Positions 45,985-55,754 of a DNA stretch of 64,000 nt are shown here, one piece after another. The translations under genes and the position numbers were made by a program. Positions within the stretch are counted from its first letter, which is position 1; each line of letters starts with the position of its first letter. The stretch comes from Armatimonadota bacterium (GTDB lineage: Bacteria; Armatimonadota; SYMT01): the NCBI GenBank assembly GCA_046292385.1, contig JBKBRF010000017.1:61360-125359 (forward strand). The letters run 5' to 3'. Under the pieces are notes generated by a model. That model was not told the DNA's origin and searched no databases. It worked only from the letters and a program-made list of their open reading frames with translations.

Positions 45985-48900
45985 ATGCGCAGGTGGCTTT
46001 CGGGACTGCTGCTGTTGGGCCTGGCGATGGCCCTGCCGGCGCGCGCGGCGATGACCGCGGCGCAGGCGACCCAGCCGCCGCCGCGGTTCACCTCCGGGGT
46101 GCCGCTCGGCGGGATCGGCACCGGCAAGGTGGAGCTGCTGCCGGACGGCACCTTCGGCAACCTGACGCTGAACAACAACTGGGGCCGGCCGCTGGCGGAG
46201 CTGCCCGCGTCCTTCTTCGCGCTGCGCACCCGCTCCGGGGGGCAGACCGACGCCCGCGTCCTCGCTTCCCGTTCGGAGTACGACTTTCCCACCGTCTCCG
46301 GGGTCCACTACTTCGGCGCGTTTCCGAAGGCGCAGGTCGGCTACACCGACCCCAAGCTGCCGGTCGACGTCACCCTGCTCGCCCACTCCGCGCTGGTGCC
46401 GCAGGACCTGAAGAATAGCAGCCTGCCCGCCGCGGTCTTCACTTTCACGCTCACCAACTCCAGCCCGCGGCCGGTCGACGCCTCCCTCGCCTTCTCCTGG
46501 GAGAACGTGCTGGGGCGCGGCGGGGACGCGGGGCAGAAGTGGGACGACCGCACCGGCAACACGCAGGCGATCCACGCCGCGGACGGCCGCGTGGGGCTCC
46601 TCTTCTCCTCCACCCAGAAGCCGTCCGGCGCCCGCCGCAGCTCCCAGGGGCAGTACGCGCTGACCGGCGAGGCGGAGGGCGGGAAGGTCGCGATTCTGCC
46701 GTACTGGAACGCCGCGGAAGCCGGCGAGGAGTTCTGGGACGCCTTCACCGGCGAGACGCTCTTCGACGAGAAGCCGGCGGTGCGCGCGGGACAGGAGGGC
46801 TCCGTCCATCCCGCCGCCGCGCTGGCGGTCTCCGTCCAGATCCCGGCGCAGGAAGCGCGGCAGGTCCACTTCGTGCTCGGCTGGCACCTCCCGAACTGGT
46901 ACACGGCGGGCGACAAGAACGAGGGGCACTTCTACGCGAACGAGTTCAAGGACGCGTGGTCGGTCGCTTCCTACGCCGCGCAGTACCGGGAGACGCTGCT
47001 CTCCGGCACGGAGCAGTGGCACGACCTCCTGATGAAGTCGAGCCTGCCGGAGTGGCTCAAGCTGAAGCTGGTGAACGACGCTTTCCCGCTCGTCAGCAAC
47101 TCGATCTTTACGCGGGACGGCAGCTTCACGCTGGTCGACAGCCCCACCTCGCCGCAGGGCGGGCTCGGCGCGCTCGACCAGTGGCTCGTTTCCCGCACCC
47201 TCCTCGGCAGCCTCTTCCCGGAGCTCGACCGCAAAGAGCTGCTGCCCTACACGATCTGGCTGGCGGATAGCGGCCAGGGAGAGACCGGCCGGCCGGGACG
47301 CCTGATGGGCAGCCTCACGGAGGGCTTCACGCCGCCGCGGGATGCGGACTGGCCGGATGTCGGCTGCAACTACGTCCTCTCGGTCTACCGGCAGTTCCGC
47401 TGGTCCGGCGACCTGGAGACGATGAAGTCGCGGTACCCCGCCGTCACCCGCGTCCTCGGCTGGCTGAAGGAGCGGGACAAGGACGGTGACTACCTGCCGG
47501 AGGGAGGCTCCACCTGGACCTACCGGGAGTACCCGGGCACCTTCGTCTACACCGCCGGCCTCTACCTCGCCACCCTGCGCGCCGCGGAAGTGATGGCGGG
47601 GCTGAACGCGGATAAGAAGCAGCAGGAAGAGTGCGCGGAGCGGTTCAAGCACGCCCGCCTGAACGCGATGGCGCAGCTCTGGAACGGTCGCTTCTTCACC
47701 AAGTACCTCGACCCGGTGAAGGCGGAGCGCTCCACCAACCTCTTCGGCGGCACCCTGGCGGGCGTCTGGGCCACCGAGCTGCTCGGCCTGGCGCCGGTCT
47801 TCGATCCGGCGGTAACCGACACCTCCCTCCGGGGCCTGATCGACCTGATCCCCGGCGCGACCACCTACGCCGCCCCGAACGAAGTGCGTCCGGACGGCAC
47901 GGCGGACCCGGGCCTGACCGACGTCTCCTGGCCGGGACACCTGCAGAGCTACCTGGCGGCCCCCGCGATCGCGCGCGGCCGCGCCGACGCCGGGCTCGAC
48001 CTGCTCCGGCGCCTGGCGGAGGTGCAGAGCCCCCGGGAAGACACCGGCTGGGACGCGGCGCTCGCCTACAGCACTCGCACCGGCGCGCCGGTCGCCGGCC
48101 CCGGCCACTCCTCCACGATGGGCTCGTGGAACACCTACCTGGCGCTGACCGGGCTGGTGCTGGACGAGCCGGGCAGCCGCCTCACCGTCGCCCCGAGCCT
48201 GCCCACTTCCTGGAACGGCTTCCACGCGCCGCTCTTCTCGCCGCGCTACTGGGCCTGGGCGGACTACGCGCGCAACCCGCTGAACGCCGCCACCAACCTG
48301 CGGCTGAAGCTGGTGAAGAAGCTGGACGACCGCCCGGTGCTGCTGAACGCGCTCACCACGACCGCGCCGGCGGGCACCGCGCTCGACGACCTGATGCTCC
48401 TGGTGACCGGTCCGGCCGGCGCGCTGGAGGGCAAGGCGGAGCTGGTAGGGGAGAAGCTGACTTACACCTTCAAGGTGCCGTACGAGTGGCGCCCGGGCGA
48501 GACGCTGGAAGTCTCCATGGTCCCGCCGGAAGCGAACCAGCTGGTGCTGGCGTTCAACCCGGAGCAGGTGCTCTCCTATGGCTCCCAGGTGACCGCCAAG
48601 GACTTGCAGCGGGACAAGCAGATCAAGTTCACGCTGGTGAACCCCACCAAGGAGCGCCAGGTGGTGAACGTGCGGTTCCGGGGCACTTCGGACCGCAACT
48701 TCGAGGTCTACCAGAACGGCACGCAGCTTCCGCGCTTTACGCCGGACACCGAAGACGAGCGGCTGACGCTGGTGGTCCCGGCGAGCCCGGTCTCCGAAGA
48801 GCGGGTCCAGCGGCTGCGGCGGGTCGACGAGCGGCTCCAAGCGGCGCGCGGCGAGGCCTCCCGCGCCGGAAAGCTGGCGGAGGTGCAGCCGCAGATCGAC

Positions 48901-49953
48901 GCCATCCAGAACCGCGTCCGCGCGGCGCTGGCGGCGGACCAGTCGTCCCGCGAGTCGCAGGTGCTGCTCCACCCGGTCAGCGGCCGGATCCCGGGCATCC
49001 GCCTCTTCCGGAAGAAGCTGAAGGACCCGCCGCCGATGGTGCCGCAGACCGACCCGGAGCCGGCGGTGAACGCGGCGGAGACGGCGCTCCAGGAGGCGCC
49101 GGCGGCGCTGGCGAAGGAGATCCAGGACCCGCAGGCCCGCGCCATCGTCCTCTCCGCGCTGATGCCGGCCCGCGCCGAGCTGAGCGCCGAAGGGGAGCCG
49201 GCTCCCGGCGGCAGCCTGCCGGTGCGCCTCTTCGTGGTGAACGAGGGAGTGCGGCCGCTGCAGGCGAAGCTGAAGCTCGATCTTCCCGCGGGCTGGACCG
49301 GGGCGGAGCCGGCGATCGTGCTCCCCGCGGGTGAGGAAGGCTCCATCACCTTCTCCGTCGGGCTCCCGGCGGCGCTGGAGTCCCGCCGGTACCGGATCCC
49401 GGGGACCGTCACCTATACCTCCGGCGGCGCCGCCTGGACCGCGCCGGTGGTGCTGAACGCGGGCCACGCCTACCTGGGGAGCTGGTCGGTGATCGGCGTC
49501 TGGCCCGGCGGCGACCGCGGCCTCGACCAGGCGCTGCCCCCCGACACGGAGCTCGACCCAGCGAAGGAGTACGGCGGGCGCCGCTGGGAGACGGTCGAGA
49601 GCCCCGGCGGACCGGTCGACCTCCTGCAGCAGTTCCCCCGGGCCGCGCCGAACGGGGTCGCCTACGCCGTCACGCAGGTCTTCTCCCCGCGCGAGCAGGA
49701 GCTGGTGCTGGAGCTGGGTGCCGCGGGCGAGGTCGAAGCGAAGGTGAACGGCGAACGGGTCTACCGCAGCCTGGCGCCGGAAGCCGGCGAGCCGGGGAAG
49801 GTCCGCGTTCCGATCCGCCTCCGCCAGGGCTGGAACACGGTCCTGCTCAAGCTCGGCCGCGCTGGGGACAGCTGGCGGTTCTGGGCGGAGCTCGCCGACG
49901 CCCAGGGCAGCACCCCCACCGGCACCCGGGTCCGCGGGGCGCTGGGAGAGTGA
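45985..49953 (+). CDS. Large secreted GH116 (GBA2-like) protein with C-terminal accessory domains
   Basis: SGVPLGGIGTG, NSSLPAAVF, LPEWLK..LVN, DKDGD.LPEG and LWNGRFF motifs. C-terminal NEW3-like (LPAGW) and IRLRQGWNTVLLK domains. Confidence 0.82.
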   Translation: MRRWLSGLLLLGLAMALPARAAMTAAQATQPPPRFTSGVPLGGIGTGKVELLPDGTFGNLTLNNNWGRPLAELPASFFALRTRSGGQTDARVLASRSEYDFPTVSGVHYFGAFPKAQVGYTDPKLPVDVTLLAHSALVPQDLKNSSLPAAVFTFTLTNSSPRPVDASLAFSWENVLGRGGDAGQKWDDRTGNTQAIHAADGRVGLLFSSTQKPSGARRSSQGQYALTGEAEGGKVAILPYWNAAEAGEEFWDAFTGETLFDEKPAVRAGQEGSVHPAAALAVSVQIPAQEARQVHFVLGWHLPNWYTAGDKNEGHFYANEFKDAWSVASYAAQYRETLLSGTEQWHDLLMKSSLPEWLKLKLVNDAFPLVSNSIFTRDGSFTLVDSPTSPQGGLGALDQWLVSRTLLGSLFPELDRKELLPYTIWLADSGQGETGRPGRLMGSLTEGFTPPRDADWPDVGCNYVLSVYRQFRWSGDLETMKSRYPAVTRVLGWLKERDKDGDYLPEGGSTWTYREYPGTFVYTAGLYLATLRAAEVMAGLNADKKQQEECAERFKHARLNAMAQLWNGRFFTKYLDPVKAERSTNLFGGTLAGVWATELLGLAPVFDPAVTDTSLRGLIDLIPGATTYAAPNEVRPDGTADPGLTDVSWPGHLQSYLAAPAIARGRADAGLDLLRRLAEVQSPREDTGWDAALAYSTRTGAPVAGPGHSSTMGSWNTYLALTGLVLDEPGSRLTVAPSLPTSWNGFHAPLFSPRYWAWADYARNPLNAATNLRLKLVKKLDDRPVLLNALTTTAPAGTALDDLMLLVTGPAGALEGKAELVGEKLTYTFKVPYEWRPGETLEVSMVPPEANQLVLAFNPEQVLSYGSQVTAKDLQRDKQIKFTLVNPTKERQVVNVRFRGTSDRNFEVYQNGTQLPRFTPDTEDERLTLVVPASPVSEERVQRLRRVDERLQAARGEASRAGKLAEVQPQIDAIQNRVRAALAADQSSRESQVLLHPVSGRIPGIRLFRKKLKDPPPMVPQTDPEPAVNAAETALQEAPAALAKEIQDPQARAIVLSALMPARAELSAEGEPAPGGSLPVRLFVVNEGVRPLQAKLKLDLPAGWTGAEPAIVLPAGEEGSITFSVGLPAALESRRYRIPGTVTYTSGGAAWTAPVVLNAGHAYLGSWSVIGVWPGGDRGLDQALPPDTELDPAKEYGGRRWETVESPGGPVDLLQQFPRAAPNGVAYAVTQVFSPREQELVLELGAAGEVEAKVNGERVYRSLAPEAGEPGKVRVPIRLRQGWNTVLLKLGRAGDSWRFWAELADAQGSTPTGTRVRGALGE

Positions 49954-49986
49954 TCCCGGCGGTTAGCGTATAGGGTGTAGCGTGTA

Positions 49987-50021
49987 GAGCCCCGGCGAGC
50001 CAGTCTGGCTCGCCGGGGCTC
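49987..50021 (+). terminator. Near-perfect palindrome downstream of the GH116 gene
   Basis: gagccccggcgagccag-t-ctggctcgccggggctc. Confidence 0.65.
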
Positions 50022-50109
50022 CTCGCTCAGGACGGCGGGATGAGCGCGGACGACCCGGTCCCTCGCTTCCCTCCTTACGGGTGAGATTTGAAATCCGACG
50101 AAGGTTGGA

Positions 50110-50136
50110 TCGAGCGGCGGGAGCGGCTGCCGATAA
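50110..50136 (+). promoter_or_regulatory. Sigma-28 (FliA/SigD)-type promoter
   Basis: TCGA-N15-GCCGATAA: perfect -10, partial -35 and canonical spacing. Confidence 0.55.
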
Positions 50137-50141
50137 CTAGA

Positions 50142-50294
50142 TCAGCCGGTCGGGATGTTTGTAGAGGAGCCGGTTCGGGCACCATCCTTCTGATAGGTTG
50201 AGGGGCCATCTCGGAGGGAACTGCCCTTCCGACTCCTCTCGGCGGTCCCCCCTAGCGGGGACGGTGACGATACGAACAACCGAATACCGGCTGA
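50142..50294 (+). ncRNA. Candidate rod-shaped ncRNA of unknown family
   Basis: Nested stems tcagccggt/accggctga, gtttgta/tacgaac, agaggag/ctcctct, gggca/tgccc and tccttctga/tcggaggga, plus a side hairpin gtcccc/ggggac. Lies between a promoter and a hairpin. Confidence 0.5.
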
Positions 50295-50298
50295 ACTT

Positions 50299-50330
50299 AC
50301 CGCCGGGGCCCTTCAACGGGCCCTGGCGGT
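50299..50330. terminator. Terminator-like hairpin
   Basis: accgccggggccc-ttcaac-gggccctggcggt. Confidence 0.65.
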
Positions 50331-50360
50331 GTGCTCTTGAGAATCAGTAACCACCCGCGA

Positions 50361-50593
50361 GAACGAGCGCGGTCGTGGACCGGTTGCCGCCCTGGCCGGC
50401 GGCTCCGCGCGGGCGGGGGCTCGAGATGGCTGCGGCCTCTCGACTTCCGGACCGGCCCACTGGCCGCATGTTTCTCCGGTTCTTCCACCCGGCTCTCCGG
50501 AGGCGGGTGTCGATCCACACGCCCGCCGGGTTCGCCGCCCGCGGGCGTTGATCTTGTACCAGGCCGGATCGTCTCCCGTGGACGCGCTCGTTC
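50361..50593. ncRNA. Second candidate structured element/ncRNA
   Basis: 11-bp closing stem gaacgagcgcg/cgcgctcgttc, inner cctgg/ccagg and cgcgggcgg/ccgcccgcg, and several internal hairpins. Confidence 0.35.
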
Positions 50594-50630
50594 ACGGTAA
50601 GGGACTGCGTCCTACGGGCGCGGCGCGTGC

Positions 50631-50804
50631 CGTATCGCGTATTCCGTATCGCGTATTCCGTATCGCGCATTCCGTAGCGGAGTGCCTCCACCGCTTCACC
50701 CTGGCGTCGTGCCGAGCGGAGCGCTGAAGCAGCGTCTCACCCGGCACGACGTAGTGGTGGCGCGGAGCACGCCGACCGCTACGCAATACGCGATACGGAA
50801 TACG
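50631..50804. repeat. CGTATT-armed palindromic repeat, full copy (opposite orientation to the 40232 copy)
   Basis: Tandem cgtatcg/cgtattc heptamer arms and the same inner IR and loop as the 40232 copy. Confidence 0.9.
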
Positions 50805-50921
50805 CTTCCACCCGTTTCGCCCGCAACAATCCCTGAACCGCGGCGTCAGTATGCACGTCCAGGGTGTTGTCCGGCCGCTGGGTTCCCGCACAAGGGGTCG
50901 GTCGGGCGGAAGGGGCTGCTG

Positions 50922-53630
50922 ATGTCTCGTCGACTCGCGATCCTGCCGGTGGTGCTGCTCCCGGTGCTGGCGCTGACCGCCGCACCCGGCGCCGCGGCGC
51001 CGCGGAAAGCCGCGATCCGGAAGCCGGCGGCGAAGAAATCGACTGCGAAGCCGGCTGCCCGACCCGAATCCGATCCTCTTGCGGCGGCACTGCGAGACGT
51101 GGTGCGGCTGGAGCTGGCGCCGGCCGCGGTTCAACTCGACGGAGCGGGCGCGCGGCAGCAGGTGGCGGTGACGGCGGTAACGCGGGACGGCGCCACGGTC
51201 GACGTGACGTCCCGGGCCGCCTTCAGCTTCAGCGATCCGCGGGTGGCGAAGCTCGGCGGAAGCGCGCTGCAGCCGCTTTCAGACGGCGAGACGAAGCTGA
51301 CCGCCCGCCTGGGTAAGCTCGCCGCCGCCCCGGTCGCGGTGACGGTGGCGAACGCCGCCGCGCCAAAGCCGATCGAGTTCATCAACGACGTGATGCCGGT
51401 GCTCTCCCGCGCCGGCTGCAACGCCACCGCCTGTCACGGCTCGCCCGCCGGCAAGGGCACGCTCAAGCTCTCCCTCTTTGGATACGAGCCGGACCTCGAC
51501 TACCAGGCGCTGGTGAAGGAGGCGGAGGGGAAGCACGTCGACCTCCTTGCGCCGGAGAAGAGCCTGATCCTCCGGAAGGCGCTCGGGGCGGTCCCGCACG
51601 GCGGCGGGCAGCGGCTGAAGGCAGGCAGCCCGGAGCACCGGACGCTGGTGGGCTGGCTGCAGGCCGGCGCCGCCGGGATCGATGACTTCGAAGCCCGCGT
51701 CAGGTCGCTCCGCGTCTATCCGAGCGAGCCCTGGATGCCCGCCCCCGGCGCGCGGCAGCGGCTGGTGGTGGTGGCGGAGATGTCGGACGGCACCACGCGC
51801 GACGTGACCGGCAAGGCGCTCTTCAGCAGCAACGACGACGCCATCGCCGACGTGAGCGCCGCCGGCGGGGTGGTGGCGAAGCGCCCCGGGGAGACGGCGG
51901 TGATGATCCGCCACCTGGGACAGGTCGGCGTCGCCCGCGTGGCGGTGCTCCCCACCTGGAAGCTGCCGAGCTTTCCGAAGCTGGAGGCGCGCGGCTACAT
52001 CGACCAGGCGGTCCAGGCGAAGCTCCGCAAGCTACGGGTGGTGCCGAGCGACCTCTGCACTGACGAGGAGTTCATCCGCCGCGCCACGCTCGATGTCTGC
52101 GGGATCATCCCCCAGCCGGAAGAGGTGCGCGCCTTCGTCGGGGACCCCGATCCCGGGAAGCGCGAGAAGCTGATCGAGAGCCTGCTCTCGCGGGAGGAGC
52201 ACGTCGACCTCTGGACGATGCGCTGGAACGACATCCTGCGCAACAACCCGCGGGTGCACCGGGTGGGGACCGGCGCCTACGCGCGCTGGATCCGGGATCA
52301 GATCGCGCGGAACCGGCCGTACGACCAGTTCGCCCGAGAACTGCTCACCGCCACCGGCAAGAACGCCGACCTGGAGCTCGACCCGAACAACCTGCCTCCG
52401 CAGCTCCAGCGGCGCGCCGGGCCCCGCCTGCTGCAGACGATCAACCGGGCGGAGTTCAACCCGGCGGCGAACTACTACGTCACCTCCCGCGACCCGCTCG
52501 ATACCACCAGCGCCACCAGCCAGGTCTTCCTCGGCGTCCGGATCGAGTGCGCCCGCTGCCACAACCACCCGTTCGAGAAGTGGACTCAGGGCGACTACTA
52601 CGCCCTGGCCGCCTACTTCACCGGCACGCAGACGGTGGGGCCGAACCAGGCGCCGCGGGTCGTCTTCACCCTGCCGCGTCCCCGCCCGCTGCGGCACCCG
52701 AAGACGAACGAGGTGGTGGAGCCGCGCCCGCTGGACGGACTCTCCGGCGGGGCGGCGGCCGGTGACCGCCGGCAGGCGATCGCGGACTGGATCACCTCGC
52801 CGGAGAACCCCTGGTTCGCGAAGGCGCTGGTGAACCGCGTCTGGGCGCACTACTTCGGCCGCGGGATCGTCGATCCGGTCGATGACTTCCGCGCCACCAA
52901 CCCGCCGAGCAACCCGGAGCTGCTCGACGCGCTGGCGCGGGACTTCGTCGCCCACGGCTTCGACGTCCAGCACCTGCACCGCACCATCCTGAACAGCCGG
53001 ACCTACCAGCAGTCGTCCCGCCCGAACCAGTACAACCGGGACGACACCCGCAACTTCGCCCGCTACTACCCCAAGCGGATGATGGCGGAGCAGCTCTACG
53101 ACAGCATCAGCCGGGCGACCGGCGTCTACCTCACCCTCCCCGGCCGCAACCGCCGCCGCCCGCGCCCCGCCGCGGCGAACAACGCGATCGCCCGGGCCCT
53201 GCGGGACGCCGCACCGGACGGGCCGGTGGAGCGGGTGATGCAGCTCCCGGTGCTGCCGGCGCTCGGCCGCGGTGGTGCGGGAGCGGGCCAGTTCCTGGAG
53301 GCGTTCGGAAAGCCGCGCCGGGAGGTGGTCTGCGAGTGCGAGCGTTCCAGCGAGGGGAACATGGGCCAGGCGCTGGCGCTGATCAACGGCGAGGAGATCA
53401 ACGGCAAGATCGCGTCGCGCTTCGGACGGGTGCAGCAGCTCGTCCGCTCGGAGCAGTCGGACGAGTCGGTGATCGAAGAGCTCTACGTCGCCAGCCTGAG
53501 CCGGCTGCCGCGCGCGATGGAGGTGGAGGAGGCGAAGGCGCTCTTCCGCTCCGCCCCGAGCCGCGATGAGGGAATCGAAGACCTGATGTGGAGCCTGCTC
53601 AACTCCCGCGAATTCCTGTTCGTGCACTGA
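50922..53630 (+). CDS. DUF1549/DUF1553 domain protein with Ig-like (Big_2) domains
   Basis: Signal peptide; FINDVMPVL...CNATACHG, FIRRATLD, CARCHNHPF, NPPSNPELLD and LLNSREFLF.H motifs. Confidence 0.9.
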   Translation: MSRRLAILPVVLLPVLALTAAPGAAAPRKAAIRKPAAKKSTAKPAARPESDPLAAALRDVVRLELAPAAVQLDGAGARQQVAVTAVTRDGATVDVTSRAAFSFSDPRVAKLGGSALQPLSDGETKLTARLGKLAAAPVAVTVANAAAPKPIEFINDVMPVLSRAGCNATACHGSPAGKGTLKLSLFGYEPDLDYQALVKEAEGKHVDLLAPEKSLILRKALGAVPHGGGQRLKAGSPEHRTLVGWLQAGAAGIDDFEARVRSLRVYPSEPWMPAPGARQRLVVVAEMSDGTTRDVTGKALFSSNDDAIADVSAAGGVVAKRPGETAVMIRHLGQVGVARVAVLPTWKLPSFPKLEARGYIDQAVQAKLRKLRVVPSDLCTDEEFIRRATLDVCGIIPQPEEVRAFVGDPDPGKREKLIESLLSREEHVDLWTMRWNDILRNNPRVHRVGTGAYARWIRDQIARNRPYDQFARELLTATGKNADLELDPNNLPPQLQRRAGPRLLQTINRAEFNPAANYYVTSRDPLDTTSATSQVFLGVRIECARCHNHPFEKWTQGDYYALAAYFTGTQTVGPNQAPRVVFTLPRPRPLRHPKTNEVVEPRPLDGLSGGAAAGDRRQAIADWITSPENPWFAKALVNRVWAHYFGRGIVDPVDDFRATNPPSNPELLDALARDFVAHGFDVQHLHRTILNSRTYQQSSRPNQYNRDDTRNFARYYPKRMMAEQLYDSISRATGVYLTLPGRNRRRPRPAAANNAIARALRDAAPDGPVERVMQLPVLPALGRGGAGAGQFLEAFGKPRREVVCECERSSEGNMGQALALINGEEINGKIASRFGRVQQLVRSEQSDESVIEELYVASLSRLPRAMEVEEAKALFRSAPSRDEGIEDLMWSLLNSREFLFVH

Positions 53631-53656
53631 TCCCGACAGATCCCTGAGTGACTGCC

Positions 53657-54973
53657 ATGAAGACGCTCATTCTGAACCCGACGGCGACGCGGAACTGCGA
53701 GGGCGTGAGCCGCCGGGACTTCCTGAAAGCCGGTGCGCTCACCGCCTTCGGCCTCTCCCTGGCCGACTACTTCCACCTCCGCAGCGCCGCCGCGGCGGCC
53801 GCGCCGAAGGCCGACGCGGTGATCCTGCTCTGGATGGCGGGCGGCCCGAGCCACCTCGACAGCTTCGATCCCAAGCCGGAGGCGCCGGCGGAGATCCGCG
53901 GGGAGTTCAGCGCGATCCCCACGAAGGTGGACGGCATCCAGGTGAGCGAGCATCTCTCCCGCACCGCGCAGGTGATGGACCGGGTGGCGCTGGTGCGCTC
54001 CCTCACCTCCAACATCGCCGCGCACGAGCAGGCGTCGCAGTACCTGATGACCGGCTACCGCCCCCTGCCGACGCTGGAGTACCCCAGCTACGGCTCCGTG
54101 GTGGCGAAGGAGCTGGGGGTCCGCAACGACCTCCCGCCGTACGTCGCCATCCCCGGCATCGGCCGCGGCGGCCAGAGCGGCTTCATCGGCGCGGGGTACA
54201 ACGCCTTCACCGTGCCGGACCCCTCCGCGCGCAACTTCCAGGTGCAGGATATCCGCCCGCCGGCGGTGGTCGACGACGCCCGCCTGCAGCGCCGCCGCGC
54301 GTTCACCGACCGGATGAACGGCCGCTTCGCCGGCGGGTTCCCGGACGACAACGTCCGCAGCGTCGACACCTTCTATGAGCAGGCGTACGACCTGGTGACC
54401 TCGCCCTCGGCGAAGAAGGCGTTCGACATCGACGCCGAGCCCCAGAGCGTGCGAGAGGCGTACGGCAGCACCACCTGCGGCCAGGGCGCTCTGCTCGCCC
54501 GCCGGCTGGTGGAAGGCGGCGCCCGCTTCGTGACGGTCCAGAAAGGCGGGTGGGACACCCACCAGAACAACTTCAACAGCCTCTCCCAGCGGCTGCTGCC
54601 GGAGCTGGACCAGGCCTACTCCGCGCTGCTGAACGACCTCTCCGACCGCGGCATGCTCGACCGCACGCTGGTGGTGCTGATGGGAGAGTTCGGGCGCACG
54701 CCGCGCATCAACGGCCGCGGCGGACGGGACCACTGGTCGCGCTGCCGCTTCGTAGCCTTCGCCGGCGCCGGCATCCGCGGCGGGCAGGCGATCGGCAGGA
54801 GCGACGCGGAAGGCGGGGTGCCCGCCGAGCGCCCCGTCTCGGTGGAAGACGTGGCAACGACCCTCTACAGCGCCCTCGGGGTCGACTACCGGAAGCAGTA
54901 CGTCACTCCCACCGGCCGCCCGATCCACCTCGCCCAGAACGGCAGCGTCATCCGGGAGCTGTGGGGGGTCTGA
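53657..54973 (+). CDS. DUF1501 domain protein (Tat-exported)
   Basis: SRRDFLK, GGPSHLDSFDPKP, ARRLVEGG, GWDTH and GEFGRTP motifs. Confidence 0.92.
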   Translation: MKTLILNPTATRNCEGVSRRDFLKAGALTAFGLSLADYFHLRSAAAAAAPKADAVILLWMAGGPSHLDSFDPKPEAPAEIRGEFSAIPTKVDGIQVSEHLSRTAQVMDRVALVRSLTSNIAAHEQASQYLMTGYRPLPTLEYPSYGSVVAKELGVRNDLPPYVAIPGIGRGGQSGFIGAGYNAFTVPDPSARNFQVQDIRPPAVVDDARLQRRRAFTDRMNGRFAGGFPDDNVRSVDTFYEQAYDLVTSPSAKKAFDIDAEPQSVREAYGSTTCGQGALLARRLVEGGARFVTVQKGGWDTHQNNFNSLSQRLLPELDQAYSALLNDLSDRGMLDRTLVVLMGEFGRTPRINGRGGRDHWSRCRFVAFAGAGIRGGQAIGRSDAEGGVPAERPVSVEDVATTLYSALGVDYRKQYVTPTGRPIHLAQNGSVIRELWGV

Positions 54974-55058
54974 AGTGCAGAGGATGGAGGAAAGCGCGTC
55001 AGCCCCTCCGTAGAACGGTTTGAATTCCGCACTCCGCCCTCTGCACTCCGTCCTAAGC

Positions 55059-55556
55059 ATGTCCCCCCGCCGTCCGTCCCGACGTAAGCCGCCCTCATCC
55101 CCCGCCGGGCGGAGCTGTGGAGAGTGCCGCGCCTGCTGCGTGGCGCTCGGGTTCCAGGCGCGGGAGGGGGAAGCGGCGTTCGAGAAGCCGCACCGCACGC
55201 CGTGCCCGCACCTGGTGAAGATCGGCTGCGGGATCTACCCGGAGCGTCCCCCTGTCTGCCGCCGCTTCCAGTGCGGCTGGCTCCAGGCGCCGAACCTGCC
55301 CGAGGGACTGCGGCCGGACCGCTGCGGCGTCCTCTTCTCCCTGAACGACAGCCCGCACGGGGAAGGCCAGGTGGTCTACGCGCACGAGCTGCGGCCCGGC
55401 GCCGCCGACCGGGGTCTGGCGGCCTGGCTGATCCAGGAGCTGTCGTCCGAGACGACGGTCCTCCTCGTGCGGGACGGCCGCTGCGAAGTGCTCACCCCCG
55501 ATCCGGAGCTGCAGGAACGCCTGGAAGCGGAGGGGGGTATCTCTCGCCTCGACTGA
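55059..55556 (+). CDS. CxxCxxCC (YkgJ-like) cysteine cluster protein
   Basis: CGECRACC and C.IY..RP.VC..F.C.WL motifs. Confidence 0.82.
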   Translation: MSPRRPSRRKPPSSPAGRSCGECRACCVALGFQAREGEAAFEKPHRTPCPHLVKIGCGIYPERPPVCRRFQCGWLQAPNLPEGLRPDRCGVLFSLNDSPHGEGQVVYAHELRPGAADRGLAAWLIQELSSETTVLLVRDGRCEVLTPDPELQERLEAEGGISRLD

Positions 55557-55754
55557 GCCCCTCGCCCGTTCCCGGCAGGCAAGGGGCAGCAGCATACCCG
55601 CCACTCAGAGAGTGAAACATTAAATAATCGCTCAAGGTTAGTAGTTTAGCATTTTACCCCTTCCAGGTAAGAACGGACGGCCGATACCCGCCAGAGCAGT
55701 GAGCTGCACAGCGGATACTCGGCCGCCAAACAACCAACTACCCGGGAGGGGTGA

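Noticed and set aside
50142..50593. SRP RNA, RNase P RNA, SAM or lysine riboswitch, or retron msr-msd
   Set aside because: Diagnostic motifs are missing (CAGG...GGAAGGAAGCAG, GAGGAAAGUCC, the SAM-I core), and there is no reverse transcriptase nearby.
50631..50680. CRISPR array suggested by repeated CGTATCGCGTATTC units
   Set aside because: The units are directly tandem heptamers with no unique spacers, and there are no cas genes.
55661..55688. Second sigma-28 promoter (GCCGATAC) upstream of the multidomain hydrolase
   Set aside because: The -35 element does not match at the expected spacing, so it is too weak to call.
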